Counted from the stretch's first letter, positions 20,024-31,298 are shown. The stretch: DNA of 64,000 bases from Candidatus Marinacidobacterales bacterium (GCA_965224085.1 CBDCYI010000005.1:1088001-1152000); one strand, 5' to 3'. The notes: generated by a model not told the origin, from the letters alone. Translations and numbers: made by a program.

Positions 20024-21436
20024 ATGGCGAGTCGCATTCTCATCTTATTCGCAATCCTCGTTCCCGTCACCGCTTTCGAGCAGGAAGAGCCACGTTCGTC
20101 TTGGCTCTCGCTGACGGAGGCGGAGAAGCAGAGCGTCGAGTCCCACGCTGCCGGCTACAAGGATTTCATGCGTGTCGCAAAAACAGAACTTGGTTTCGTG
20201 CGCGAAGCGGTCGATCTGGCGCGCGCGGCAAGCTTCCGCGAGCTTACCGATGACGCGCGTATCGAGCCGGGCGCACGTTTCTACGACGTGAACCGCGATC
20301 GAACCCTCACGGTCATCGTAATCGGCGAGAACAACTTGCGCAACGGCTTCCGCGTCGTAGGCGCTCATATCGACTCGCCCCGAATCGAGCTCAAAGCGCG
20401 GCCCATCTACGAGAAGGAAGGCTACGCGCTCTTGCAGACGAACTATCACGGCGGGATCAAAACCTACCAGTGAACCAACCTTCCGCTGGCACTGGTGGGG
20501 CGCGTCGATCTCAAGAACGGCCGCACGATCTGGATCTCCGTAGGCAACGACCCGAGCGAGCCCACCTTCATCATCCCCGACCTCTCCCCCCACGTGGACG
20601 CCGATCTTCGCGAGCGCAGAAACCGCGATGTCATCCAGCACGAAGAGCTCGACCCGGTGGTCGGTCATATCCCAGGGCCCGGCGAGGGCGACGAGAGCGT
20701 GAAGCGGTCCGTCGTCGACTACCTCCGGAGGGAGTACGAGATCGGCATCGACGACCTCGTCTCGGCCGAGCTTGCGCTCGTTCCCGCTTTGGCGCCGCGC
20801 GACGTGGGGTTCGACCGCGGCCTGATGGCGATCTACGGGCAAGACGATCGGCTTTCTGGCTACGCGGCGCTCAAGGCCGTGCTCGACACGGAGGCTCCCG
20901 AGGTCACGTCCATCGCTTATCTCGTCGATAACGAAGAAGTGGGCAACGTCAACAATACCGGGGCGGACTCGAGCTATCTCGTCGACTTGATGGGACGGCT
21001 CCTCTACGCGCAGATGGGAGACGACTTTCGCGAACATTGGCTCCGGAAGGCCCGGCGGGAAACGTTGGTCATTTCTTCGGACGTCAACCCCGGTATCCAT
21101 CCCACCTGAGCCTCGGCGTGGGAGGAAGGCAACGCACCGCGGCTCGGCTTCGGCGTCAACTTCAAGATGTACGGCCGCGGTTTCAACGCAAACTCGGAAT
21201 ACACCGCTTGGATCCGAAGGGTTCTCGACGACGCAAACGTGCCGTGGCAAATAGCGACGTATAAAGTCGGCCGCTCCGGCGGCGGCACGATCGGTGGCGC
21301 GCTCGCGGACGACAACATGGAAGTCATCGACTTCGGCGTCCCCGTGCTCTCCATCCACACGCCCTACTCCGTGAGCTCCAAAGTCGACGTTTACCATCTC
21401 TACCGTGCCATGCACGCATTCTTTCGGAGCCCATGA
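20024..21436 (+). pseudogene. M18 family aminopeptidase with two in-frame TGA codons (20471, 21107)
   Basis: Three ORFs in one frame; GAHIDSPR, YHGGIKTYQ*, GQDDR, NEEVG, SSDV, GGTIG, LSIHTP; signal peptide; RBS GGAGG. Confidence 0.85.
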
Positions 21437-21590
21437 GAGCGCTCACCTCCGCATTCTTACGCTGACGTGGAGCTGCGCGCCGGCCCCATCGTCGATCCCC
21501 GAAGACGATGGCACTCGCGTCCATCCAACCGGCCGAGCTCCGCGCCCCTATGAGCTTTCTCGCGGAGAAATTCTCTCGCCCTTAGGGCCC

Positions 21591-22583
21591 TTAGGGAAGC
21601 TCGCCGCTCAACTCCTCGTAAACCTTTGCGATCGCGCGCGCGCCTTGGCTCGATCGTAGGGTCCACTCTTCGAGCTCACCGAAATCGCTTCGCGCATGCG
21701 CGGCTTCGGCATCGAGACCCATTCCGTGAAGCCTGGTTGCTTCCGCGATCACCTGCTCCATCGCTTCGCGGTAGATCTGGAGCTCTTCTTCGAGGATCGC
21801 CGGCGTTTCCACGAATCCATGGCCCGGCAAATAAACATCAACATCCATGGCTTGCGCTTTGATGATCATCTCGACCCATTCCGACGGATAGGCCGAGCGC
21901 ATGGCGGGAAAGATGCGATTGAGGTACGCCTCGCTCATGAAGAGGATTTTTTCCTCGGGCAAATAGACGTGAAGATCGCCTCCGGTATGCGCGCGACCTA
22001 GAAAGAGAATGCGGATCTCTCTACCGCCGAGCGTTAACACCTTCTCCTCTTCGACCAGCTCGGTTGGGATGATGACCGGCGGGGCGCCCTCGCGGCGGTT
22101 CGGGCTCGAAGCGGCCGCCTCGAGCGTCGCTTTGGAGGTTGGGTGCGCGTAGAACACGGCGTCTTCCGGGAACGAGACGTTGCCTGCGGTGTGGTCACCG
22201 TGGTCCGAGCAAATTACGACATGGGTAATCCGCTGGTCGCTGAACTCCGCGACGGCATCGACGAGCCGCTTGGTTTCTTCGGGGCTTCCTTGTCCGTCGG
22301 CAACGAGGACACCTTCATCCGTGACGACGAACAAGCTCACCGTCGTGAACTTCTCGTCGCCGGCGGAGCGAAGCTGTTCGTACGAATAGACCCCCTCGGC
22401 GAGCTCTTGCACTCGCGGAAAGTCGCCATCGGTATAACCGCGCTTTTCGGGATCTCCCGTGCGTACGATAGAGGCGGCAGAGCTCTCAGGCTCAGGCTTG
22501 GGGGTTTTTGGCAGGGAGCAGGCGACAGCGATACCCAGAACGACGAAGCTCAACGGTCTAAAAGGCATGATCGGTCCCTCCAT
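21591..22583 (-). CDS. MBL-fold hydrolase (cyclase-like), probable lipoprotein
   Basis: Lipobox-like AVAC, SDHGDH, GRAHTGGD, PGHG. Confidence 0.8.
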   Translation of the reverse strand: MEGPIMPFRPLSFVVLGIAVACSLPKTPKPEPESSAASIVRTGDPEKRGYTDGDFPRVQELAEGVYSYEQLRSAGDEKFTTVSLFVVTDEGVLVADGQGSPEETKRLVDAVAEFSDQRITHVVICSDHGDHTAGNVSFPEDAVFYAHPTSKATLEAAASSPNRREGAPPVIIPTELVEEEKVLTLGGREIRILFLGRAHTGGDLHVYLPEEKILFMSEAYLNRIFPAMRSAYPSEWVEMIIKAQAMDVDVYLPGHGFVETPAILEEELQIYREAMEQVIAEATRLHGMGLDAEAAHARSDFGELEEWTLRSSQGARAIAKVYEELSGELP

Positions 22584-22733
22584 CGCGGCGCATTATACAG
22601 GCCGCCGCCGGGGGTTTCCCCTACAAGAAAGTGACGGGAATCCCCCACTCCCCCGCTCACAGCCGTTCCCATTCGCGTTCTTATAAGGTGTACAGCATCA
22701 TCGCGCGCCCTCGTACACAGCAGGAGGCAACTC

Positions 22734-23009
22734 ATGTGGAAAAAGAATGACCCCGCCGGTGCCGGTTCTTTCGAAAAGCCCAAAACGGTCCACCCACCGT
22801 CGCCGCCACGGACGGCGCCAATCGGTGGAAGTCTCGCCATCAAGGGAGGTCTGTTCGGCGAAGAAGATCTCTTCATCGAGGGCACGATCGAAGGTAATAT
22901 TGCGGTAAAGTAAGGCAGCGTCACGCTCGGCGAGCGGGGTCGGGTGTCCGCGGATGTTTATGCGACGAACATTCAGGTCGCCGGTGACGTTCGGGGCGAG
23001 AGTGTTTAG
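22734..23009 (+). pseudogene. Bactofilin (polymer-forming cytoskeletal protein), nonsense-disrupted and truncated
   Basis: RBS AGGAGG; MWKK..IGGSLAIKGGL.GEEDLFIEG.IEG.I, TAA at 22911, then VTLGERGRVSADV; not in ORF track. Confidence 0.8.
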
Positions 23010-23021
23010 ATAAGGAAGCGC

Positions 23022-23711
23022 ATGCGTTTGTCTCTCTTTCGGGGCGCCAAAGGTGTCTCCGAGAACGAAATCTCAGAAGCTACTCAAAGGTGCCTCGGGC
23101 TTCGCGCGCTGCTTCCTCAATCGGAGGACGCGACCCTGCGTGTCCTCGACCTCGGCACCGCACGGACGGCGAATCTTGATTTCTTCGCCAACTATGGCGG
23201 CCAACTTACCGTCGCGGATTTCTACCGCGGTCTTCGACCTCTGCGAGCTGCCTCAGAGGACGACGATCGCAAGCGCAAGGCAATTGTCGAGCTTCTCGAC
23301 TACGGCCACGAAAAGCACTTCGACCTCGTTCTCGCTTGGGATCTTCTGAACTATCTCACGCCTCAGGAGCACCAGCTTCTCATGACGACGCTCGAACCGT
23401 TTCTCGTTCCAGGGACGGCGATACTTGCCTTCGTTTGGATGCTGAAGGAAATGCCTCCCGGGCCGTCACGCTACTGGGTCCGAGACGAGGAAACCGTCGC
23501 CTTCGAAACCCAGGAAGGACGCGCGCGACCTTGTCCGCGCTACTTAGAACAGGACCTGTTGAAACGGATGCCGAGCCTGACGGTCGAAAGCCGCTACCAG
23601 CTGCGCAACGGCTTGCTCGAATACGTCTTCTCGTACCGTAGGAGCTCGAGGCGCGCCGCCGCAACCTCTAGGGCACAGATGCGTTATCCGTTGGCGCCGG
23701 CCCCTCGATAG
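23022..23711 (+). CDS. Class I SAM-dependent methyltransferase-like protein
   Basis: VLDLG and FDLVLAWDLLNYL; follows the bactofilin gene. Confidence 0.65.
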   Translation: MRLSLFRGAKGVSENEISEATQRCLGLRALLPQSEDATLRVLDLGTARTANLDFFANYGGQLTVADFYRGLRPLRAASEDDDRKRKAIVELLDYGHEKHFDLVLAWDLLNYLTPQEHQLLMTTLEPFLVPGTAILAFVWMLKEMPPGPSRYWVRDEETVAFETQEGRARPCPRYLEQDLLKRMPSLTVESRYQLRNGLLEYVFSYRRSSRRAAATSRAQMRYPLAPAPR

Positions 23712-24885
23712 AGTCGATTACTTTCCCGATAAATTCGTCCAGTCCGCCGCCAATCCAGCGCACCACGACGACCAGATCGTTCTCCCAGTCGATATAAATG
23801 ATATTTGCGCCGGCGCCGCGGAACGCCACCACGGTCTCTGGTGCCGAAGGTAGCGCTTGCCGGCGCTCGCCTTCGTCGTTCACGTAAGGCTCGTTCAAGA
23901 ACCAGTTCATGAAGCCATAACCTTGGTTCACGCCCGGGGTACGTGCCATTTCAATCCATTCTTCGGAGATGATCCGCTTACCACTCCAAGTGCCGTTCCT
24001 GAGAAAGAGATAGCCGAAACGCGCCATGTCGCGCGCGTTGATGTGCATTCCGCCGCCCCAGTGGCCGCCGCCGCTCACCGACTGCATGTGGACACCGTCG
24101 ATCATGACCCAGGAGTTCTCGTAGCCGTGCCAGCGCCACGTGTTTGTCGCGCCAATCGGCTCCATCACGTATTCGCGCAGCACTCGAGGCAGCGGCCGAC
24201 GCCAAACGTGGAGTGCTATGAGAGCGAGCAAGTTCACGCGCACGTCGTTGTACTTGTAGTGCGTCCCTGGCTCGTACAAGGGACGGCTTGGGTAGTCGAG
24301 AGGCGTCTCGCCGACGGGCCGGTCCGCCCAGTCGGGCTTGCCCCAGAGTGTTCCTTGCCAGTCGCTCGTCTGACGCAAGAGGTGATCCCACGTGATGCTC
24401 TGGTTGTGCTCGCTCCCGAAAAGCTCGTCGGTCGGGACGTAGTCGCTTGCGAGATCGTGCACGTCGCGGATGAGGCCACGATCATAGGCGAGCCCCACCG
24501 TCGTGGAAAGGAAAGTCTTCGTCACGCTGAAGGTCATGTCGACCTTCTTGGTATCCCCCCACTCGGCCACGATGTAGCCGTTTTTGACGACAATACCGTT
24601 CAATGCCGCCCGCACCGTCGTCGGGCCGATTCGGCGGCCGAACGGCTCGCGGGCGAAGTTCGAGAGCTCGTGGTTGAGCGCGAGGTCCTTGTTGGCTTCG
24701 GATTCCTTGCCGATCGCGAAGTCGATGGCCTCCTGAAGCTTGACAGCGTTCATGCCAAGCTCGCCCGGATCCTGCGCTGTCCAGTTGCGGCGTTCCGGAA
24801 AGTAGGGGTCCTGGCCGAAAGCCAAGCTGCTCGAGACAACGAGCGCCAAAAGTAAGCTCGAGACGGCAATCCGCTTCATCATCAT
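23668..24885 (-). CDS. Secreted serine hydrolase (beta-lactamase/AmpC-like family)
   Basis: SVTK (SxxK), HLLRQTS, YKYND, ARDMARFG; signal peptide. Confidence 0.88.
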   Translation of the reverse strand: MMMKRIAVSSLLLALVVSSSLAFGQDPYFPERRNWTAQDPGELGMNAVKLQEAIDFAIGKESEANKDLALNHELSNFAREPFGRRIGPTTVRAALNGIVVKNGYIVAEWGDTKKVDMTFSVTKTFLSTTVGLAYDRGLIRDVHDLASDYVPTDELFGSEHNQSITWDHLLRQTSDWQGTLWGKPDWADRPVGETPLDYPSRPLYEPGTHYKYNDVRVNLLALIALHVWRRPLPRVLREYVMEPIGATNTWRWHGYENSWVMIDGVHMQSVSGGGHWGGGMHINARDMARFGYLFLRNGTWSGKRIISEEWIEMARTPGVNQGYGFMNWFLNEPYVNDEGERRQALPSAPETVVAFRGAGANIIYIDWENDLVVVVRWIGGGLDEFIGKVIDSIEGPAPTDNASVP

Positions 24886-24954
24886 AGGAGCCTCCCTTGA
24901 TCGCCGCGATGTTATGCGGCTCCGGGATTTGGCGCAAATTGTTATCATCGGCGG

Positions 24955-26706
24955 ATGCGATGGTCGAACGTGTTCATCCCGACGCTCCGGGACGATCCTG
25001 CGGACGCGGAAGCGATTAGCCACAAGCTCATGCTTCGCGCCGGGCTCGTCCGGCAACTTGCCTCCGGCATCTATTCCAAGCTACCCCTCGGCTTCCGCGC
25101 CTCGCGCAAAGTCGAGGCCATCGTGCGCGAAGAGATGGAGCGCATCGGCGCGCAAGAATTCCACCTTCCGGTCATCCATCCAGGGGAGCTCTGGAAGCAA
25201 AGCGGTCGCTGGTTCGACATCGGCGACGAGATGTTCCGCCTCAAAGACCGGCGCCAAGGTGATTACTGCCTCGGCATGACCCATGAAGAGGTCTTCACTG
25301 CGATCGCGCGGGACGAGCTCCGGAGCTATCGGCAGCTTCCGCAGATTTGGTTCCAGATCCAGACGAAGTTTCGCGACGAAGCCCGGCCGAAATCCGGTGT
25401 GCTTCGCGGACGCGAGTTCGTCATGAAGGATTCCTACACTTTCGACGTCGATTTCGCCGGTCTCGATGTCGGCTTCGACAAGCATGCCAAGGCTTACCAC
25501 CGCATCTTCGAGCGCTGCGGGATTCGATCTATCCCCGTGCAGGCATCCTCAGGTTCCATGGGTGGGAGCACTTCAATCGAGTTTATGAGTGTCTCGGACG
25601 CGGGCGAAGACTGGATCGTGACATGCCCAAGCTGCGACTACGCGGCCAATTTGGAGAAAGCCACGTCGGTAGCGTCCGCGGTGGAGGATCCCGACGACAG
25701 GGCGGAGATCGAGAAATTTCCGACACCCGGTGTCCGAACGATCGATGCTCTCGCGAAGCTTGACGGCGGTGCCGCGGCGGAGAGGCAGATCAAAACGCTC
25801 GTCTACATCGTCGAAGAGGAAGCGACGCTCTTTCTTGTGCGTGGCGACCACGAGCTGAACGAAGTCAAACTCGCCGAAGCAACAGGCGCGACTAATTTCC
25901 GGCCGGCCACGCCGGAGGAATGTCAAGAAGCGCTTGGCGCGTTACCTGGAAGCCTTGGCGCCGTTGGTGTCGTCGAAGGGCTCACCATTTACGCCGACGA
26001 CACATTGAAAGGCCGTGACGGGATGGTGACCGGTGCGAACGAGGATGACTTCCACATCCGGCACGTTCGCGTGGAGCGGGATCTCGCGAATGTTCGATGG
26101 ACGAGCCTAAGGAGCGTCGTCGCGGGAGACGCGTGCACGAAGTGCGGGAGCGCACTCGAGGTCAAGAAGACGATCGAGCTAGGACATATTTTCAAGCTCG
26201 GCCTGAAATATTCGGAGTCGATGGGCTTGAACGTCTTGAACGAGCAAGGCAAGGAAGTTCCCGTGGTGATGGGATCCTACGGGATCGGGATCGAGCGGCT
26301 CGTCGCCGCCGTCATCGAGGCCTATCACGACGAGTTCGGCATCGTGTGGCCCTGGTCGGTCGCACCGTTTCACATCGTCATCACGCCCATCTCTCTCAAA
26401 GACGAGGCGGCGCTCGCGAAGGCCGAGGAGATCTACGAAGCCTTGAGTCCGAATTACGAAGTGCTTTTCGACGATCGCAGCGAACGGCCGGGCGTGAAGT
26501 TCAAAGACGCCGATCTCATCGGCATACCGCTACGCGTCATCATCGGACCGAAAGGGCTCGAAAAAGGCACGGTCGATATCTTCGAGCGTGCGACCAAAGA
26601 GAAGACCGACGTACCCGTCGACGCCATGCTGAGCGAAATCGATAAGCGCGCCGAGCAGCTCGCGGCACGCGTTGGCGTTGTTGCACGGCCCGGAGCAAAT
26701 CGCTGA
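24955..26706 (+). CDS. proS: Proline--tRNA ligase with editing domain
   Basis: GMTHEE, FRDEARP, REFVMKDSY, IELGHIFKLG, GSYGIG, DADLIGIP. Confidence 0.97.
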   Translation: MRWSNVFIPTLRDDPADAEAISHKLMLRAGLVRQLASGIYSKLPLGFRASRKVEAIVREEMERIGAQEFHLPVIHPGELWKQSGRWFDIGDEMFRLKDRRQGDYCLGMTHEEVFTAIARDELRSYRQLPQIWFQIQTKFRDEARPKSGVLRGREFVMKDSYTFDVDFAGLDVGFDKHAKAYHRIFERCGIRSIPVQASSGSMGGSTSIEFMSVSDAGEDWIVTCPSCDYAANLEKATSVASAVEDPDDRAEIEKFPTPGVRTIDALAKLDGGAAAERQIKTLVYIVEEEATLFLVRGDHELNEVKLAEATGATNFRPATPEECQEALGALPGSLGAVGVVEGLTIYADDTLKGRDGMVTGANEDDFHIRHVRVERDLANVRWTSLRSVVAGDACTKCGSALEVKKTIELGHIFKLGLKYSESMGLNVLNEQGKEVPVVMGSYGIGIERLVAAVIEAYHDEFGIVWPWSVAPFHIVITPISLKDEAALAKAEEIYEALSPNYEVLFDDRSERPGVKFKDADLIGIPLRVIIGPKGLEKGTVDIFERATKEKTDVPVDAMLSEIDKRAEQLAARVGVVARPGANR

Positions 26707-27760
26707 CCTCCCTGTGCCGGTCGGAGAGTCACCCGGCGCAGTAAGTATCGGGCATGCCGAGCGCGGTCATCTTGTTGAGTATCTCGCACCCAATTCGGTG
26801 TTCAACTCGTTGCCTCGCCAACGTTCGAGCCCGCATGTCGGGCCCCATGATCGCCTTGTAACGATAGACCGCGTTCTCCACCATGCTTCGCTCGGTGCAG
26901 CCTGAGAGCTTGTACCATTCACGTCGGCCGTGTCTTTCGATGGCACGAATATGGCGGTCGCGTTCCCGCATGGCGGTGTTCGAATTCTGACTGAGCGTGG
27001 CGTTTCGTTGCGGCGGAATCACCACGCGCGTCCTTCGTCCAGGGCTGTGCGCTTCGATGGCTTCGTAGACCGCTTCCTTGTCGTATGCACTGTCCGCCGC
27101 CACCGACGCTATAGGTGCTTGAATCTGTGTTAGCAAAGGGGGGACTCGCGTTGCGTCGCGAGCTCGTGACGCCGTCAGTTCGGACGCAACAATGTTGCCG
27201 GTCTTGCGATCAACGGCGATGTGCAACTTGCGCCAGGCGCGCTGCTTTGGCGGTTTGCGGGTGGTTCCAACATGAATCCTCAAGCCCGTGCTATCGATCA
27301 TCAGGTGGATTGGTTGATTGCTTGCGGCTTTCCGAATCCGCAGCTTCTTGCGGAGCAGCCTCGACCGCCGACACAACGTCGAGTAGTCCGGGATCTCGAT
27401 ACACAGCCGGAGAAGCGAGGCGATCGAGTGCAAGAAGCCTTCGGTTTGGCGGTAGGCAAGCTTGTACACCATCCGGACAACCAGGCCCGTTTCAATCGCC
27501 ATCTCTGAATAGACCCGTTGACCGCCAGGCTTACCGCTCTTGTCGGCCTTCCAGTTCGCGATTGCCTCCTCGTCAAACCAGACCGTCAAATCGACCCGGC
27601 GGCGTAGCCCTTCGTTGTATTCCGCCCAGTTGGAAACGTGGTACTTCTTCTGCTTCGCGTGCTTGTACTGGCTGCGCTTGGGATACTTCATGGTCGAACA
27701 TTACCTCGGCCACCACCATAGGTAGATTTCGCGCTCAGCCAAGAGCGGTGCAACAACGCC
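26674..27760 (-). mobile_element. IS5-family (IS903 group) element; transposase 26729-27691
   Basis: Perfect 13-bp IR GGCGTTGTTGCAC; NWAEYNEGL, PDYSTL, IDSTG, WRKLH, ADSAYD, RSMVEN; no target duplication seen. Confidence 0.92.
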
Positions 27761-27916
27761 AGTCGTATGAGGGAGCGAAGAAATAAAGGACAAAGCTCTT
27801 CGCGCTATCGTCGACAGCTCGGTTCTAGAGCTGCCTTCATGACCGGCTTGAAGTGTGAGCAAGCGTAGCACAGCCACGATGGTGCTAGCGCTTTGGCGCG
27901 AGTCGCTCGATGTTGT

Positions 27917-30472
27917 CTATTGCATGAGTGCGTTGAAGAGCAGCTTGAACGTACCGTGGGTCTGTGCCCGGTGCTGCGTCCGGAATCCTACGAGAACGAC
28001 GCGGCCGTCGCCGACTTTCGCTGAGACCATCGCGGCCTTCTTGGACAAGTGCTCTTCTCCGACGAGCCATCCGCTTTGAAGGATGTCGCGGTCGACGTAG
28101 CGGGCGATCGTCTCGTAGCGGTCGTTGTTGCGCGACGGCGTAATCTCGAAGGCTGAGTTGGACCAAAACAAAACGAGCCCATCCGAAGGCATGCCCCATG
28201 CGAGCGGGCTCGTGTTATCGAACGTCACTTTGAGCGTCGAGCCGGGGCAGAAAAAGTCCTTGCTGTCCACCCCATCGAGAACGTTGCGGACATTGAGCTC
28301 GAAGGACTCGATCGCGAAATCGGTGGCGTCGCCGAGTGCTATGAGGGTCCCGCCATTCTCGACGAACGCTTTCAATGCTTCGGTGCCCTCGTCGCCGATG
28401 CCGGACATGTATTCCGGTGGATAGACCTGAGGTGGGCGCCCCGGACGCCTCGGCCCTTCCTTACCCATGATCATCGCCGTCGTGTCGTGCGGAATGATGA
28501 GAACGTCGTAGCTGGCGTTCAAGTTCCCTGCTCGGATCTCGTCATCCTCGACCGACTTGTACGGCATGGCGAACTGCTCGAGGAGGAAGCGGGTCCAGCC
28601 CTCGTCCATATTGCCGCCGCGATAGCGGTGATACATGCCGACACGCATGCGTTTCAAGTCGTGGAGCCCCGTGCGCGGCTCGCGCGTCACGGCTTTGAAG
28701 TCGACGCCCGTTTCTTCGGCCACCTCTTCGAGACCGGAGCCGCCCGAGACGATGAAGTCGCCCCGGTGGAATCCGTCGGTCTCGACGTTCACGCGCCGCA
28801 CGCTCGCCCCTTTGTCGAGCAGCATGTTGACGGCTTTGTAGCTCGCGTTGTGGCGCCCGTCGAGCACATAGCGTGACGCTCCCGATGCCACCGTGCCGGC
28901 TGTCTTGACCGATCCCGTCACCCGGGTGAAGTCGTCGACGCGTTCTCCGACCGGATCGACCCGCACGCCCATAAACTCCGCCATCGTATGGGTCGACGTG
29001 TCATAGGGGCGGAGCGGTGAGCCGTCGCGCGCGCGCGTCCACTCATTGTCGGGATAGAAGGTCTGTCCGAGAAGATTGCGGATGAGACCCATCTTCGGCT
29101 GTGCGAGTGAGACGACGTAGGAGCCCGCTTCGTATTGCACGCCGTCGACGGCGAAAGCTTGACCCGCTTTTTGGATCTCGACATCCGACTGCAGCAGAGT
29201 ATCGATCATTTTCGTCGCGGTGAGCGAATCGTGCTGCGAGGCCGGGATGACGTAGGCCTTTGGGAATCCCGCAGCGCCGCGCTCGGTTTGGCGCTTCGCT
29301 TTCACGTAGCCGTTCCAGAGAACCGTTTCCTTGTTGCGCGCCGCGAGATCCTGAATTGACCACGCCGCTATCTTTTGTTGCGCGACGATGTCTCGAAGCC
29401 GCCACCAGCCCCCGGGCCATGGGTTAGGCATGTTCGACTGCGCTTCGTATTCGGGGAGACCGCGGGCGCCGCCTCGAAGTTGGTCTGGATGCAAATAGAG
29501 TGGTGTCGCGAGACTCGCGCTCGCGGATTCGGTCAACATGCCCGACATATTGTGAAACGGCGTGATCCAGTGCCACCCGAAATGTCCCCAGCCGGGGTAC
29601 TGGCCTGCATTGAGAACGCCCGCCATCGCGTTTTCTTCGAGCTTGTAGGCGATGTGGGCGCCGTACCACGAGAGCTCGCGCCAGACGAGCGGGTCGGCAT
29701 AAGGGCGAATGGGCTCGCTATAGGGCGGCACGTAGAAACGCGCGCCGTAGCTCCCCATCTGGTGATGGTCGACATAAGCTTGAGGTTTCCAGTCGCGATA
29801 GAGAACCTTCGCGGTGTAGACGGCCTCGACCATGTTGAGGAAGTCCGCGTCCCGATTATTGTCGTGGCCGACATATTTGTGGTACAGCCACGGCAGACCC
29901 ACACCTTCGAACTCGGTGCCTTTGTTCTTGTAGTACCAGTCCCTGACCATGACCTGGCCGTCGGGGTTGAAGTTCGGAAAGAGGATCAAGATCGTGTTGT
30001 CGAGGATGCGTTGCGTTTCTTCGTCGTCCCTCGCGAGGAAGTCGTAGGCGAGCTCGGGCGCGGTCTGGGCTCCAGCGACTTCCGTCGAGTGGAGGCCGAA
30101 GGACTGGCTCACGACGGCCTTGCCTTCCTTGATGAGCTCTCGTATTTCGGCTTCCGATTTGTGCGGGTCTTGGATCTGCTTGTTGACTTCTTGCAGCCGG
30201 TCGAGATTAGCCATGTTCTTCGGTGAAGAGATGATGGCTAATAAGTAAGGATGGCCTTCCGTCGAAGGTCCGAGATTGGTGACCTGGATGCGATCGCTCT
30301 CTCGGTCGAGGAGCTCGAAATACTCGACGATCTTGTCCCAATGCGCGAGCTCGCCATCGGCGCCGAGCTGGAAGCCGAAAAACTGGTCCGGCGGCGTGAT
30401 GTTGTTGGCCGCGGTCGCGGTCGTCGCGACGGCGAGAAGTGCTACGAGGACGAAACGGATGGCGAAGCGCAT
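27917..30472 (-). CDS. Secreted M14 zinc carboxypeptidase with C-terminal GATase-like domain
   Basis: LHSTE, NPDG, HDNNRD, DHHQMG, DEGWTRF; signal peptide. Confidence 0.88.
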   Translation of the reverse strand: MRFAIRFVLVALLAVATTATAANNITPPDQFFGFQLGADGELAHWDKIVEYFELLDRESDRIQVTNLGPSTEGHPYLLAIISSPKNMANLDRLQEVNKQIQDPHKSEAEIRELIKEGKAVVSQSFGLHSTEVAGAQTAPELAYDFLARDDEETQRILDNTILILFPNFNPDGQVMVRDWYYKNKGTEFEGVGLPWLYHKYVGHDNNRDADFLNMVEAVYTAKVLYRDWKPQAYVDHHQMGSYGARFYVPPYSEPIRPYADPLVWRELSWYGAHIAYKLEENAMAGVLNAGQYPGWGHFGWHWITPFHNMSGMLTESASASLATPLYLHPDQLRGGARGLPEYEAQSNMPNPWPGGWWRLRDIVAQQKIAAWSIQDLAARNKETVLWNGYVKAKRQTERGAAGFPKAYVIPASQHDSLTATKMIDTLLQSDVEIQKAGQAFAVDGVQYEAGSYVVSLAQPKMGLIRNLLGQTFYPDNEWTRARDGSPLRPYDTSTHTMAEFMGVRVDPVGERVDDFTRVTGSVKTAGTVASGASRYVLDGRHNASYKAVNMLLDKGASVRRVNVETDGFHRGDFIVSGGSGLEEVAEETGVDFKAVTREPRTGLHDLKRMRVGMYHRYRGGNMDEGWTRFLLEQFAMPYKSVEDDEIRAGNLNASYDVLIIPHDTTAMIMGKEGPRRPGRPPQVYPPEYMSGIGDEGTEALKAFVENGGTLIALGDATDFAIESFELNVRNVLDGVDSKDFFCPGSTLKVTFDNTSPLAWGMPSDGLVLFWSNSAFEITPSRNNDRYETIARYVDRDILQSGWLVGEEHLSKKAAMVSAKVGDGRVVLVGFRTQHRAQTHGTFKLLFNALMQ

Positions 30473-30827
30473 GGAACCTCCTTTTGGGCGAGGGAGATTC
30501 TAACGTCTTGCAGAGCGGACTTCCATCGGCGTCAAGCAACATCAGGAACGACTACAACACCGACATCACGCCCTTTGCAATCCAGTAAATCTAGACGGAA
30601 CCGAGACGAGTTCTTGAACGGGCCGTCGACGACCTTGCCTCGAATCGAACGCTATGAAACGCTTTGCGGCGAGGTCGACCATGAAACTGTTCACGTTCTG
30701 GGGAGCTCCTAACGCCGGGCTGTCCTGGCCGGGGCGATACAGTCATGCGCCGGCCGAAGTCCTGGACTTGAGGGATCTCGTCGGGTTGCATCGTTTAATA
30801 AGGTTGATTGCGGAAGCCGGCCGTTGA

Positions 30828-31298
30828 ATGGCTGTACCGGAGCTCGTCTTCAGTCCGCCCGGCGAGCCTCCGTTTACCATCGACGCCCTCGTCGAGGAAG
30901 AAGACTCGTACCTATCGCTCTCCGCCGAGCCCGTTGTCGATTTTACCCAGAAGCCGGTTGAGCACTCGGTTCGCGTGATGACGGCAGCCAGGGACGCCGA
31001 AGAAGTCGAGCCTGGAACGGTGGTCGTTCGTCAAGGCCATCCGCTGAGGCTTCTTGCTGTCATCCACCGGTTACATGTGAGCCCGACGTGGCGAGAGCCC
31101 TGGGTGGTGCGCGCGATCGAGAATCTTTGCATGGAAGTCGGACGGCACCAGATCCGCGCTCTCGGGACACCATTGCTTGGAACCGTGCACGGCGAAATGG
31201 GCCCACAAAAAGCGTTCGAGCTCTCAGGTCCACTGCTAGTTGAGGAACCCGGATTGCGACGAATCTGGATCATGAGAACCAGTGTCCGGACGAAGTAA
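30828..31298 (+). CDS. Hypothetical protein (possible macro-domain-like)
   Basis: DALVEEED, PGTVVV, LGTPLLGTVHG pattern. Confidence 0.5.
   Translation: MAVPELVFSPPGEPPFTIDALVEEEDSYLSLSAEPVVDFTQKPVEHSVRVMTAARDAEEVEPGTVVVRQGHPLRLLAVIHRLHVSPTWREPWVVRAIENLCMEVGRHQIRALGTPLLGTVHGEMGPQKAFELSGPLLVEEPGLRRIWIMRTSVRTK

Noticed and set aside
20471-21140. Selenocysteine at the M18 UGA codons
   Set aside because: Positions correspond to Trp rather than Cys, and no convincing SECIS-like stem was seen downstream
30480-30827. Short ORFs here and at 12919-13082, 13899-14280 and 37730-38290
   Set aside because: No recognisable motifs; probably gene debris that I cannot assign
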